NCBI GenBank assembly: GCA_026392045.1
Contig: JAPLCU010000008.1
Span: forward strand, 3,867-67,866
DNA from: Armatimonadota bacterium
Lineage (GTDB): Bacteria; Armatimonadota; UBA5829
DNA: 64,000 nt
Direction of reading: 5' to 3'
Shown: positions 44,477 to 53,975 of the stretch, piece after piece
Layout of the letters: each line of letters opens with the position of its first letter
How positions within the stretch are numbered: position 1 is the first letter of the stretch
Position numbers and translations under genes: made by a program
Notes under the pieces: model-generated
Databases searched by the model: none
Told to the model about the DNA's origin: nothing
The model's input: the letters and a program-made list of their open reading frames with translations, nothing else

Positions 44477-45850
44477 ATGAAAACTAAAACAATAATTCAA
44501 ATTATCATAACAGCGCTGATCATATCCGTGCCCGCGTTCGCCTCCACGGGCAGAGCGATATCCCTGAATGCCCTCGCGGCCTCTATGAAAAGTGGTGGCT
44601 CGGCTGATGCTCAACGCCTCTGCGGGGTGACTAAGGTTTTAGGTTATCTGATCGATGCGAAGTCTCACGACGTAGTTCTGGTGGGTAAAGTTGACCCGGA
44701 ACTCCCGCCGCTCTATCTTGATGATCTCGCAGTTGCCTTGCGAAGCGCGTGGATGACTTATATTAAGGTTGAAAACGGTGTCCGCTGCCACTACGCGCCC
44801 GGGTGCTCGATTGACCCGGACCCCAAAGTGTTGCAACAGCTAAAAGAGCTTGAGGTTCCAAAGTTCGACTCAGCCGATTCTGAAAGCCTCAAGGGATTTT
44901 CGGAAAGTTGGAAAACTATCGGCGCGCAGCCCCAGAGCGTGAGGGTGATGGGAGCGCCGTTCGATAGCCGATTTTCCAAGGTCATGGTGGATGCTGATTA
45001 TTACATGAAGCGCATAGTCAATGGCAGCGTTGCGCTGGGTATAGATGGCCTCGAAAGCCTAACCGATATGCATACAAGCCAGATGAAGCAATCTCTATCC
45101 TCTGGCAAAGATGACCGCGCTCCCGGGATGACCTTGAACCGCTTCTGGTTCAGCCCAGGCGAGACCACCTACGAGGTGAAAGACGGCATCAGCATACTCC
45201 GCAGTTGCCCAATCAGGCTGCTCACCGAAGAAGAGTTCCTAAATGAGCATGGCGCAATCGCAGGCAAAGGCAGACCAGACCCAATGGCTGGCGAGTTCGC
45301 GAGAATGTTCACCGCCAAATACCAGGAAATAGCGCAAGCCCGTCCGATCTACCATAAGCTCCAGGGTCTATTTCGGTTCGTCGCGCTGGCGAAGATGATG
45401 AAAGCCGACCGCGCGGACAGTGTCGCCCCAAGCGGGTTGGGCTATCTTCTCAAGTATCAAAAGGTAAAAAATGTCCCCGTTAGCCGAGGTGTAAACGGCC
45501 TCACGGACGTGCGAATCTCCAAAGACAGCTACGATGCCTCCGACGGCTCCACGCGAACATTTAGTATGATTCAGACTACGTGCGGCGGCGTGAGCATGGA
45601 TGTCCACCCAAAACGCATCCGCTCCACCCCTGCTCGTAAAGCGCCGCTTGCAGTAGCTGCCCCGGCCCCGCCAAAAGACGAGACAGCTTCTGAAACCAAG
45701 GTCACAGCAAAAGCCGCCAAACCGTCATCAAAGGCAAGATTAGCCGCCAGACCAACCCCGCGCCCCAGCCTGAAACACGTTGTGTTAAGCACGCGAAAGT
45801 CCGCAAAGACAGTGGCATGGGATTTTTCATTGAGTGACATAGACGAATAA
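44477..45850 (+). CDS. Secreted hypothetical protein with Ala/Pro/Lys-rich C-terminal tail
   Basis: Signal peptide MKTKTIIQIIITALIISVPAFA. No family recognised with confidence. Confidence 0.6.
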   Translation: MKTKTIIQIIITALIISVPAFASTGRAISLNALAASMKSGGSADAQRLCGVTKVLGYLIDAKSHDVVLVGKVDPELPPLYLDDLAVALRSAWMTYIKVENGVRCHYAPGCSIDPDPKVLQQLKELEVPKFDSADSESLKGFSESWKTIGAQPQSVRVMGAPFDSRFSKVMVDADYYMKRIVNGSVALGIDGLESLTDMHTSQMKQSLSSGKDDRAPGMTLNRFWFSPGETTYEVKDGISILRSCPIRLLTEEEFLNEHGAIAGKGRPDPMAGEFARMFTAKYQEIAQARPIYHKLQGLFRFVALAKMMKADRADSVAPSGLGYLLKYQKVKNVPVSRGVNGLTDVRISKDSYDASDGSTRTFSMIQTTCGGVSMDVHPKRIRSTPARKAPLAVAAPAPPKDETASETKVTAKAAKPSSKARLAARPTPRPSLKHVVLSTRKSAKTVAWDFSLSDIDE

Positions 45851-45904
45851 TTTATAGATCTCAGGGGGTCATAGATCTCAGGGGGTCTCCGGCCCCCTGA
45901 GCGT

Positions 45905-45987
45905 GGAGGGCGAGGCTCCCGCCGAGCCAAAGCCATCAGGCCATCCAACCATCAGACCATCGGCCTCCCTTCCCTGCTCTCCACTTT
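45905..45987 (+). repeat. Composite intergenic element (GGAGGGCGAGGCTCCCGCCGAGCC + CCATC heptamers + CCTCCCTTCCC + CTCTCCACT)
   Basis: Same module order as 57670-57776. The right half is inverted at 1198-1262. The GC-rich head is inverted at 63584-63608. Confidence 0.85.
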
Positions 45988-46284
45988 ATTTCAATAATTC
46001 AATCTGGCCATACCTCCGAGCATATAATTGCATGCTTGCATGATTCTACCTCTACTCGCAGACACCTAACAATGGCTAAAACAAAGCAAATGATGTTGGT
46101 TTTCAACCTCTACGGGGTGGGTAAGAATAAAACAATGCAATTTTAGCCCGATTTTGCGAGACTAAGTAACCCGACGACAGAACGAACGTCTAAATATTTA
46201 GTAGATTTTTGAAAGATAGTGTTCACATTCCTGGTTTTGCGGAGTCTAATAATTGTATAACATCCTTATGGAGGAAAATCGGAC

Positions 46285-47052
46285 ATGAGAAGAACCTGTA
46301 TTTGTTGTATGGCTTTACTATTTGCTGCTGGATTATTTGCTTTGCCCTCGGGGTCGGTTGTATGGGCTGCTGATTCCCCCAACACTTCGCTTGCCGAAGC
46401 TGCCAACAACACCGGCAAATCGGTTGATTTGGTGAATTTGGAATTCAAAGATATTGATGTTCGGTCAGCCATTCAGGCGCTATTCAGAGGCTCCGGCAGG
46501 AGTCACGCTATAGATCAGGATGTTTCTGGGTTTGTCTCATCAGTATCGTTTACGGATGTGCCGTTCGATGCTGCACTGCGCAGCCTGACTAAATCCGCAG
46601 GTCTAACATATAGGCAGAACGGCGATGTCTACCAGATTAGCAAAAGAGTAGACGTTCCAACTCCAACTGTTGTAGAGATTCCGACGCCGATCCCGGAAGT
46701 CGAGCAGCCGAAGACCACTGAGATTATTATAGAGAAGATTCCTCTGAACCATAGCAGCCCCAGCGAGATACTTGCATACCTGGATGGCTCTGCGGACTCC
46801 AACCGGTTATATGGCGGTGGTAACGGCAATCCTGGCTATGGCGGTTACGGCAGTCCTGGAGGCTATGGCGGCTACGGCAATCCTGGCTATGGGGGCTATG
46901 GCAGTCCTGGCTATGGCGGTTACGGCAGCCCCGGCGGCTATGGCAACTATGGCGGCAGTGGAATCAACCCCAGCGGCATCATGGGCGGCTACGGTGTGCC
47001 CTCATCGATCCCATCTGCTGGTTACGGCGGCGTTAACGTTAGGCGCTGGTAA
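46285..47052 (+). CDS. Secreted protein with secretin-N0/STN-like domain and Gly-Tyr-rich low-complexity tail
   Basis: Signal peptide. LEFKDIDVRSAIQALFRGSGRSHAID and FTDVPFDAALRSLTKSAGLTYRQNGDVYQI resemble secretin N-terminal (STN/N0) domains. The tail is (PGYGGYGS)n. Confidence 0.55.
   Translation: MRRTCICCMALLFAAGLFALPSGSVVWAADSPNTSLAEAANNTGKSVDLVNLEFKDIDVRSAIQALFRGSGRSHAIDQDVSGFVSSVSFTDVPFDAALRSLTKSAGLTYRQNGDVYQISKRVDVPTPTVVEIPTPIPEVEQPKTTEIIIEKIPLNHSSPSEILAYLDGSADSNRLYGGGNGNPGYGGYGSPGGYGGYGNPGYGGYGSPGYGGYGSPGGYGNYGGSGINPSGIMGGYGVPSSIPSAGYGGVNVRRW
46809..46960 (+). repeat. Coding tandem repeat (~24-27 nt units, CCTGGCTATGGCGGTTACGGCAGT)
   Basis: Encodes GNPGYGGYGSPGGYGGYGNPGYGGYGSPGYGGYGSPGGYGNYGG. 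Confidence 0.85.
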
Positions 47053-47189
47053 TTGTTGCGATTGACTCCGGTGGGGAGAGTTACCTCTCCGCTCTCTCCA
47101 CCATACCTTCCTCCCCTATAGAACCGCTGATGATAGGCTCACAAAACTATCTGACCATCTAACCATCGAACTATCAGGCTATCGGCCCA

Positions 47190-47741
47190 TCAACCCAAAT
47201 CCATCCCCGCAGCTATCTCCGCGCCCTTCATAAGCGCCGCTACATTAAGCGGGATAAACGAATGGTTGCGCTTGGGGAGCGCTTCTTTCATGGATTTCTC
47301 AATGGAATCGAGCGATACCGGCTTCACCATCTGCACATAAGCGCCAAGCAGAACCATATTTGCGGCTTTGGCGTTGCCAAGCTCGGCGGCGATATCGGTT
47401 GCCGGGATTTCCACTATTCTGCAATCTTTGCGATAATCGGGAGCTTTCGCCAGGGAGGTATTCACTAAAATCAGGCCCTCGCGCCTTACTTCGGGCGCAA
47501 ATTTATCCAGCAAGAGCTGGTTCATCGCGATCAGGGTGTGCGGTGAACTGGAAACCGGCGAGCCGATTTCCTCGGTTGACATAATAACGGTGCAGTCCGC
47601 AGTCCCTCCTCGGGTCTCAGGCCCATAAGCAGGGAACCAGACCACGTTCCGATCCTCAATTACGGTTGCATAAGCAAGGAGCTGACCAGCCAGCATAATA
47701 CCCTGGCCGCCCATTCCCGCAATTCTTACTTCATGGTGCAT
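47190..47741 (-). CDS. 2-oxoacid:ferredoxin oxidoreductase, gamma subunit
   Basis: RIAGMGGQGIMLAGQLLA and FPAYGPETRGG are typical of POR/KOR/VOR gamma subunits. Confidence 0.85.
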   Translation of the reverse strand: MHHEVRIAGMGGQGIMLAGQLLAYATVIEDRNVVWFPAYGPETRGGTADCTVIMSTEEIGSPVSSSPHTLIAMNQLLLDKFAPEVRREGLILVNTSLAKAPDYRKDCRIVEIPATDIAAELGNAKAANMVLLGAYVQMVKPVSLDSIEKSMKEALPKRNHSFIPLNVAALMKGAEIAAGMDLG

Positions 47742-47769
47742 GTTCGTAATCTCCTTCGGAGATAGTTAA

Positions 47770-47832
47770 AAGTCATAAGTCAATAAGTTATAAGTTATAA
47801 GTTATAAGTTATAAGTCATAAGTCATAAGTTA
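47770..47832. repeat. Heptamer tandem array (ATAAGTY) x9 inside the oxidoreductase operon spacer
   Basis: Reads aagtcataagtcaataagttataagttataagttataagttataagtcataagtcataagtt. The same unit forms inverted arrays at 63147-63233. Confidence 0.9.
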
Positions 47833-47921
47833 AAAGGTTGGCCTGTGCTGAGCAGCATGATAACTGCGTTTGGGCAGATTTGCAATCTCGCCTGTCCCTT
47901 CTATTCCCTGTTCCCTGTTTC

Positions 47922-48656
47922 TTACCGATCCACATAAACTCCCGGCGGAAACACCTTGGAAACTTCGTCTTCGATGAACTTGAAAGTGTCTATCGGGTTC
48001 ATATGCCACTGCTGCGGGCAGTTGCTTAAAACCTCTACCATCGAGAATCGCTTGCCATCGATCTGGTTTTGGAACGCCTTCTTGATAGCTTTCTTGGTCT
48101 TCACCAGCCCGGCGGGACTGGTCGGCGCAACCCTTTCGATGTAAGAAGGCCCGTCCAGCGTCGCCAGCATTTCGCAGATCTTAATTGGGTAACCGCTGAT
48201 CTGGGGGTCTCTTCCCATCTTGCACGTGGTCGATTTCTGTCCGATAAGCGTCGTCGGCGCCATTTGTCCGCCGGTCATTCCGTAAGTGGCATTATTTATA
48301 AAGATCACGCTGAGTTGTTCGCCTCGGGCGGCCGCGTGAATAATCTCAGCCGTGCCAATGGAGGCAAGGTCACCGTCGCCCTGGTAGGCAAAAACAACCC
48401 GGTCCGGCAATACGCGCTTAACACCCGTCGCTACCGCAGGAGCCCGCCCATGCGCCGCTTCAATCACGTCGCAAGCCATATATTCATACATAAACACCGA
48501 GCAGCCTACGGGACAAACGCAGACTGTGTTTTGGATGATATCGAGCTCTTCCATCACTTCCGCGATCATTCGATGGACCACGCTATGGAGGCATCCCGGG
48601 CAATAAGCGAACTCATTATCTGTGAGGCCCTTGGGCCGTTCAAAGACTTTTTGCAT
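47922..48656 (-). CDS. 2-oxoacid:ferredoxin oxidoreductase, beta (TPP-binding) subunit
   Basis: CPGCLHS, GDGDLASIG and NNATYGMTGGQ are TPP-binding motifs. Confidence 0.9.
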   Translation of the reverse strand: MQKVFERPKGLTDNEFAYCPGCLHSVVHRMIAEVMEELDIIQNTVCVCPVGCSVFMYEYMACDVIEAAHGRAPAVATGVKRVLPDRVVFAYQGDGDLASIGTAEIIHAAARGEQLSVIFINNATYGMTGGQMAPTTLIGQKSTTCKMGRDPQISGYPIKICEMLATLDGPSYIERVAPTSPAGLVKTKKAIKKAFQNQIDGKRFSMVEVLSNCPQQWHMNPIDTFKFIEDEVSKVFPPGVYVDR

Positions 48657-49756
48657 TATTTTACACTCCTTCGCTCAGAAGGATAACTCGAGAACACCGG
48701 CGGTTTGCTGAAGCTCGCGCGAACCACGTTCAGAATATCGGTCGGGGTGGGAACCACTCCGCCGGTTCTTCCGTAGAACGCCACATCCGCCATTCCGTTG
48801 ACCGCGAGTCTCACATCCTCCACCATCTGGCCGGCGCTCATTTCAAGGGCCATAAATCTGCTGCCGTTCTTCGCATACTCGGCTATTCTTGCCGAGGGGA
48901 AAGGGAAAAGCGTAATAGGTCTAAGCAACCCGACCGCCATGCCCTCATCCCTGGCCATATCCACAACGGTCTTGGCGATTCGCGCGGGGCTTCCGTAGGC
49001 TACAAGAATCAGCTCGGCGTCATCGGTCCGATATTCCGCATACCTGGTCTCATGAAGCTGCGCTGCGGCGTATTTCGCCTGCATACGCAGGTTGAGATTT
49101 TCCATAACCTCAGGGTCGATCCAGAGGGAGTTTATGATGTTATGCGCTCTGCCCCTCGCGCCTATGGTCGCCCAGGATTTCGAATAATCGCATATCTCAA
49201 AATTATTGTGCAAATCCACCGGCTCCAGCATCTGACCCACGATAGCATCCATCAGGATCATTGCGGGGTTCTGGTATCGGTCTGCCAGATCAAATGCCAG
49301 CGGCATAAACTCATAGCACTCCTGCGCGCTCCACGGCGCCAGCGTGAGCATCTTGTAATCGCCATGCCCGCCGCCCTTGACGGTCTGGAAGTAGTCCGCC
49401 TGGCTGGGCAGGGTGTTTCCGAGGCCGGGGCCGCCGCGCTGCACGTTTACGATCACGCACGGCAGCTCGCAGGCAGCAATATAAGAAATCCCCTCCTGCT
49501 TGAGGCTTATGCCCGGGCTGGAGGAAGAAGTCATAGCGCGCTTACCGGCGCACGCGGCTCCGTAAACCATACTTATTGCCGAAATCTCGCTTTCGGCCTG
49601 GAGGAATATCCCTCCATTGGCTGGCATCAGATCAGACATTAGCTCAGGAATTTCATTCTGTGGGGTTATTGGATAGCCGAAGAATGCATCGCACTTCGCA
49701 GCGACGGCTCCATGGCAGATAGCAATATTACCTTTGATCAGCTTTCTAGTCGTCAT
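48656..49756 (-). CDS. 2-oxoacid:ferredoxin oxidoreductase, alpha subunit
   Basis: GNIAICHGAVAAKCDAFFGYPITPQNEI and QRGGPGLGN. The stop overlaps the beta-subunit start by 1 nt. Confidence 0.9.
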   Translation of the reverse strand: MTTRKLIKGNIAICHGAVAAKCDAFFGYPITPQNEIPELMSDLMPANGGIFLQAESEISAISMVYGAACAGKRAMTSSSSPGISLKQEGISYIAACELPCVIVNVQRGGPGLGNTLPSQADYFQTVKGGGHGDYKMLTLAPWSAQECYEFMPLAFDLADRYQNPAMILMDAIVGQMLEPVDLHNNFEICDYSKSWATIGARGRAHNIINSLWIDPEVMENLNLRMQAKYAAAQLHETRYAEYRTDDAELILVAYGSPARIAKTVVDMARDEGMAVGLLRPITLFPFPSARIAEYAKNGSRFMALEMSAGQMVEDVRLAVNGMADVAFYGRTGGVVPTPTDILNVVRASFSKPPVFSSYPSERRSVK

Positions 49757-49759
49757 TGA

Positions 49760-49963
49760 CTATCTCCAGACTTCTATCGCAACATCGGGGCACACGCGGG
49801 CACATACGGCACACCCTGAGCATTTCTCAACATTTATGAATAACGACGGCCTGTAGCCTTTGTGGTTGAAGCCGTCCTCCATTACAATACAGTCGTTGAG
49901 GCAGAAATGAATGCACAGCTCACAACCCTTGCATTTTTCGCGGTCAATCTTTATTTCGCCCAA
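49760..49963 (-). CDS. 2-oxoacid:ferredoxin oxidoreductase, delta subunit (2x[4Fe-4S] ferredoxin)
   Basis: CKGCELCIHFC and CSGCAVCARVCP. Confidence 0.85.
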   Translation of the reverse strand: MGEIKIDREKCKGCELCIHFCLNDCIVMEDGFNHKGYRPSLFINVEKCSGCAVCARVCPDVAIEVWR

Positions 49964-49965
49964 TT

Positions 49966-50787
49966 TTACCGCACCCCCAATCGGCGATCAATACTCTTAA
50001 GCACAGGATTTCGTTCTATTAAAGCCGATACCGAGCGCTTTTCCGAATACAGGTGGATAGCGACTATGATTATGATTGCAGATATCTGAAACACAATCCC
50101 TGTGTTTGTCACCATTGCAAGGCCCATAGCGGCGCCAAGCGCGTTGGAACCCGAATCTCCCATCATCGCCTTAGCGCGGGAGTCCAATACCCCAAACGCC
50201 ATCGCCACTATAGCAATGCTTCCAATGAGCCACGGCGCGGCCAGCTGCGCGCCAGCCCGTATACATGTTACACCTAATCCAAAGAAAAATACAGCCACAG
50301 CCCTACCTGGGCGCAGATCAAATAGATTTAATATATTAGAAGCCAGCGGAATTAGAAGCGCGGCTAACGCCCATTTGACGGGATTTCCACCCGAAACAAA
50401 CCAACCAGCAGCAATTCCAACGCACCCGCCTCCAATTGCCTTAAACGCGCCGGTGGTAAGCTGTCTTTCTAATAACAGCTTCTTGAAATGTCCCTTAAAT
50501 CCTCCAACATCTCGATTACCAAATATATCGTCGGCCGCCCCCAGCGCCCACATCGCGCCCATAACAGCCAAATAAAGCTCAGTTTCCCGCCACCCGCCAT
50601 ACCCCAGCAGCGCCAGCGCAACCAAAATCGCCGCAATATACCCAAACGCAGCAATGCCGTAAGAGGCCATAATGGGAGTTTTCTTATAGTTGAGCTTAAC
50701 CAGCCCCATCTTAGGGGCCAGGCGAAAAATGGCAATGTGGATAATTATTGCTGTTAGGAGAAGGAATATTGGAGTTAAGAATTTCAT
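49966..50787 (-). CDS. MraY/WecA-like (glycosyltransferase family 4) polytopic membrane protein
   Basis: Multiple TM segments. AADDIFG, NILNLFD and MGDSGSNALG resemble the polyprenyl-phosphate sugar-1-P transferase motifs. Confidence 0.5.
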   Translation of the reverse strand: MKFLTPIFLLLTAIIIHIAIFRLAPKMGLVKLNYKKTPIMASYGIAAFGYIAAILVALALLGYGGWRETELYLAVMGAMWALGAADDIFGNRDVGGFKGHFKKLLLERQLTTGAFKAIGGGCVGIAAGWFVSGGNPVKWALAALLIPLASNILNLFDLRPGRAVAVFFFGLGVTCIRAGAQLAAPWLIGSIAIVAMAFGVLDSRAKAMMGDSGSNALGAAMGLAMVTNTGIVFQISAIIIIVAIHLYSEKRSVSALIERNPVLKSIDRRLGVR

Positions 50788-50795
50788 TGTATTGG

Positions 50796-51245
50796 TTATG
50801 AAGTCAAATCGCCTAAGGATATAACGCTGATGTCGGTGACCCTAATTAAGCCTGAATCGTTTGTCAGGAATGCCTCACAGCCGGATTCGATTGCGGCTGC
50901 CAATTGAATCGCATCTGGAGTGCGCAGTCCATATTGGGCGCGGAGTAATGAGGCGCGTTCTGCGATCACTTGGTCTACCGGAATCAATTCAAGGTTTGAA
51001 GAGTTCATCAGTAAATCACGATATTGCATATAAAGCTGGGGCTGATCGAGTTTAATAGGTAAAGTGAGCACTTCAGTGAGTGATATTACCGAGGTAACTC
51101 CCGTGATTTTACCTTGCTCGATCATCTCGAATATTGGCGTCACGCATGAGTCATATAAAGAATTGGACTCAATGAAGTAGATTATTGGCGCGGTGTCGAT
51201 ACCAATTCTCGAGACGCCGCTTAGAGCATCAGCTATCTTTATCAT
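50796..51245 (-). CDS. vapC: PIN-domain toxin (VapC-like)
   Basis: IGIDTAPIIYFIE (first acidic residue), then LTEV, DAIQLAAA and FLTND. The start overlaps the antitoxin stop by 4 nt. Confidence 0.8.
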   Translation of the reverse strand: MIKIADALSGVSRIGIDTAPIIYFIESNSLYDSCVTPIFEMIEQGKITGVTSVISLTEVLTLPIKLDQPQLYMQYRDLLMNSSNLELIPVDQVIAERASLLRAQYGLRTPDAIQLAAAIESGCEAFLTNDSGLIRVTDISVISLGDLTS

Positions 51246-51481
51246 GGTCTTGGATCCCATTCACTGCGCAGCTTGTTCACATATTCCTGCGCATCAATGC
51301 CTTCCCAGACTTCCTTGCCAAGTCCGTGCAATTCCATGATGCTGCGAGTCTTTGTTTTGATGGTCTTATCTGCGTTTTCTGCGAGGTCATGCCCGATCAT
51401 CTCAACAATACGCAGACGCTCTTTGGCCGGTAACGGCTTGATGTGGCGTTTATAAACTTCTTCAGCTTTCATTGCGGACAT
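51242..51481 (-). CDS. VapB-type antitoxin (small, unclassified)
   Basis: 79-aa ORF immediately upstream of, and translationally coupled to, the PIN gene. Start set at MSAMKAEE after an AAAGAGGTGA RBS. Confidence 0.6.
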   Translation of the reverse strand: MSAMKAEEVYKRHIKPLPAKERLRIVEMIGHDLAENADKTIKTKTRSIMELHGLGKEVWEGIDAQEYVNKLRSEWDPRP

Positions 51482-51559
51482 TGTCTTCACCTCTTTGCAG
51501 TTGATGATGTATTGAACCATGTATTAGCTTATTCGTCAACTATATAGACCTTAGTCGCC

Positions 51560-52330
51560 CTAATCCTTAAAATCCGACTTATCAAAAAACTTCTTGAGCT
51601 TGCGTTTGTCGTTCCATTCCTTTATCCATGCGAACGGGTTCAGCATTCGCCAAATGCTGCGCTTTCCGAATACTCGCACAATATCGCCTTGGTTTTTAGA
51701 AGCAGGCGCGGAGATGCGGGTTGGGCGCATAACATACCAGTAAGCATACGTGCACCCAGAAAGTGCGAATAAGCCCAAAATTAAGTTATATTGACCATAT
51801 GAGATGAAAGTGAGCGCAAAATCCAATATCGCCAAATATTTAAGCTTCATTGGTATGATAATCAGTATGATTTCTTGCTCTGGATTAAGCATCGCGAACG
51901 AAATTGTGATACAAGATAATGGAAGCAGAAGACCCGCCAACGGCACCGGCAGACTGATAATGTAGCCTCCGATAAAAATGCCTAAGGCAGATAACACAGT
52001 TACCGAAAATAAGTAGACAGAGTATCGCCCGAAACCCCAGGAGCGTTCCAGGCTCCCACCAGCCACCCATAGCCAATAAAGACTGAATAATAACCCAATC
52101 GGCCCCCATGTCGGGCAACATGTGCCAATGAACGGGTAAGTGAGAACAGTCCAGGGATATTTTAACACCCAGAGCGGAGAGAATGACATATACTCCATGA
52201 CCGCTGATACATGGAAAAGTCTTATCGCCAGAAACGTAATCAAATTCGACAATATCAGTATCTTTGTCAGCGGTATTTTGTCTTGAAACAGCCAGTATTT
52301 AAACTTTTCAGCAGGTGTATAACCTATCAT
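51560..52330 (-). CDS. Rhomboid-like polytopic membrane protein (catalytic Ser/His not evident)
   Basis: Six to seven TM segments. WVAGGSLERSWGFGRYSVYLF resembles the rhomboid L-G-x-lE-x-G-x-rf block. No clear GxSG motif. Confidence 0.35.
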   Translation of the reverse strand: MIGYTPAEKFKYWLFQDKIPLTKILILSNLITFLAIRLFHVSAVMEYMSFSPLWVLKYPWTVLTYPFIGTCCPTWGPIGLLFSLYWLWVAGGSLERSWGFGRYSVYLFSVTVLSALGIFIGGYIISLPVPLAGLLLPLSCITISFAMLNPEQEIILIIIPMKLKYLAILDFALTFISYGQYNLILGLFALSGCTYAYWYVMRPTRISAPASKNQGDIVRVFGKRSIWRMLNPFAWIKEWNDKRKLKKFFDKSDFKD

Positions 52331-52383
52331 ATTTACCCCATGAGAAATAAGTCTGCAATAAACAGTTGTTCCACCAATATCGA

Positions 52384-52421
52384 ATCAAAACTCAGAACTC
52401 ATAACTCAAAACTCAAAACTT
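52384..52421. repeat. Heptamer tandem array (AACTCAR)
   Basis: Reads atcaaaactcagaactcataactcaaaactcaaaactt. A second array lies at 61852-61885. Confidence 0.85.
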
Positions 52422-53087
52422 TTTTCGGTGCAGCCAGATTGCTCTTGCAATGTCTATGAACTGCTCTCCACGGTGAACAAAACCCTTGAGCGTTCTGCCG
52501 GAGAGCCGGTGGGTTAGGGGTAGGGGAACTTCCACTATTTTATAGCCCTTGCGCAGCGCATCGATTGTTAGCGCTGTCTCCACCCCAAATCCCTTTTCAA
52601 ACCCGCCTATATCATCTATAAGCTTCCGCCTGATCGCTCTCTGACCCGAAATCGGCGCGGTAACCACCGTGCCGCCGTATTTCTTGATACCCCATCTGGC
52701 TAATTTCATCACAAACCCAAAGCCGGCTTTGTGCCCGTCAGGGGCTTTCATAACGGCAATGGACATATCCGCCTGCCCAGCGAATATCGGCTCTAATAGC
52801 CTATAGGTCTCGGCAGCAGTCTCGCCAAGGTCTGCATCTATAATCAACAATATCTGGGCGTCTGTTTCCTCGATGCCGCGATTCATAGCTGCGCCTTTGC
52901 CGGAGTTTTTATTCATCTGCACCACGCGCGCGCCGGCGTTGTATGCGATGATCGGAGTCTCGTCATCCGAGCCATCATCGATCACCAACACTTCGTCGAT
53001 CCCAGGCATCCCAAGCACCGCCTTCACGGTTTCGCCTATGATGTTCTCTTCATTGAACGCCGGTATTAGCGCCGTTGCTCTATCCAA
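52413..53087 (-). CDS. Glycosyltransferase family 2
   Basis: ALIPAFNEE, VLVIDDGSDDET and IIDADL (the DxD region). Confidence 0.85.
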   Translation of the reverse strand: MDRATALIPAFNEENIIGETVKAVLGMPGIDEVLVIDDGSDDETPIIAYNAGARVVQMNKNSGKGAAMNRGIEETDAQILLIIDADLGETAAETYRLLEPIFAGQADMSIAVMKAPDGHKAGFGFVMKLARWGIKKYGGTVVTAPISGQRAIRRKLIDDIGGFEKGFGVETALTIDALRKGYKIVEVPLPLTHRLSGRTLKGFVHRGEQFIDIARAIWLHRKKF

Positions 53088-53975
53088 CTACTTTTTCTCC
53101 AATGTCTGCGGAATCAATCTTTCTGCAGTCTCTTTTGTGCCGAACTGGGCTTTTTCTCCGTTCAGCGCACAAATTAAGGCAACTTGCCCCATAGCCGTAT
53201 CCGCGTTATCAACGGTCGCGATTCCCATCTTGCTCCATTTGGGCACGCATGATCCGGCCGCTTGCGACCCCTCGCATCCTACCACAATTGCGCCCTTTTT
53301 CTCAAGCAGGGCAATGAGTTGGGAGTCCAGATTGCCCGAATTGTCTTTCTCTTTTGTTTCTAACCCTCCAACAAGCACCACCATATGGTTATACTTGCTA
53401 TAATCTCCCGTAAACTTGGCAACTCCCGCTTTTTCGATACAAGCAAGGATTTCCGAACCTTGCGATGTGTAAGCTGCTTCAGTGATTAGCGCTAAGAGCT
53501 TGTTCGCTGCCTCTTTCAAATCGCTCGGCGGCGCTATCCCGCAGGAAGTAAGCACTTGGGAGACCTTTTCGTAGTTCTCAAATGCGAACTTGCTGTCGAT
53601 ATCGGTGATGCTGTTCACCCTCGCTCCGGCCATTTCCAGGGCGCGCTTCACATATCCAGAAATATCGTCATAATCGCCGGTCTGAATAATGGCCACATTT
53701 CTCCATTCCAGCCTGCCCTTAGCAACAATCGGCAGCGCCGCGCGGCAGAAGTCCTCACTGTTTTTCGCCTGAGCTTCTTTTGCCCGACGCTCATCAGTGG
53801 CAGTCTCAATGTCCCTTTTAAGACTGGGAATGAGAGATTCGTAACGGGCAATGGTCCTCTTAGCGCCCGCAGTGGAAGGCGCGCGGTTCGCAAAAGACGA
53901 CCCGACAACAATCCCCACCGCCAGCGCGAAAAACACTGCGGCCAAGCTGTATATGTGGTAGCGTATGTCGATCAT
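53088..53975 (-). CDS. MctB-like copper transporter family protein (DUF3186)
   Basis: The N-terminus MIDIRYHIYSLAAVFFALAVGIVVG is the family hallmark. Zero-nt gap to the GT2 gene. Confidence 0.7.
   Translation of the reverse strand: MIDIRYHIYSLAAVFFALAVGIVVGSSFANRAPSTAGAKRTIARYESLIPSLKRDIETATDERRAKEAQAKNSEDFCRAALPIVAKGRLEWRNVAIIQTGDYDDISGYVKRALEMAGARVNSITDIDSKFAFENYEKVSQVLTSCGIAPPSDLKEAANKLLALITEAAYTSQGSEILACIEKAGVAKFTGDYSKYNHMVVLVGGLETKEKDNSGNLDSQLIALLEKKGAIVVGCEGSQAAGSCVPKWSKMGIATVDNADTAMGQVALICALNGEKAQFGTKETAERLIPQTLEKK

Noticed and set aside
51560-52330. Active rhomboid protease
   Set aside because: The TM topology and one conserved block fit, but I could not locate the GxSG serine or the catalytic His. 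It is therefore called only rhomboid-like.
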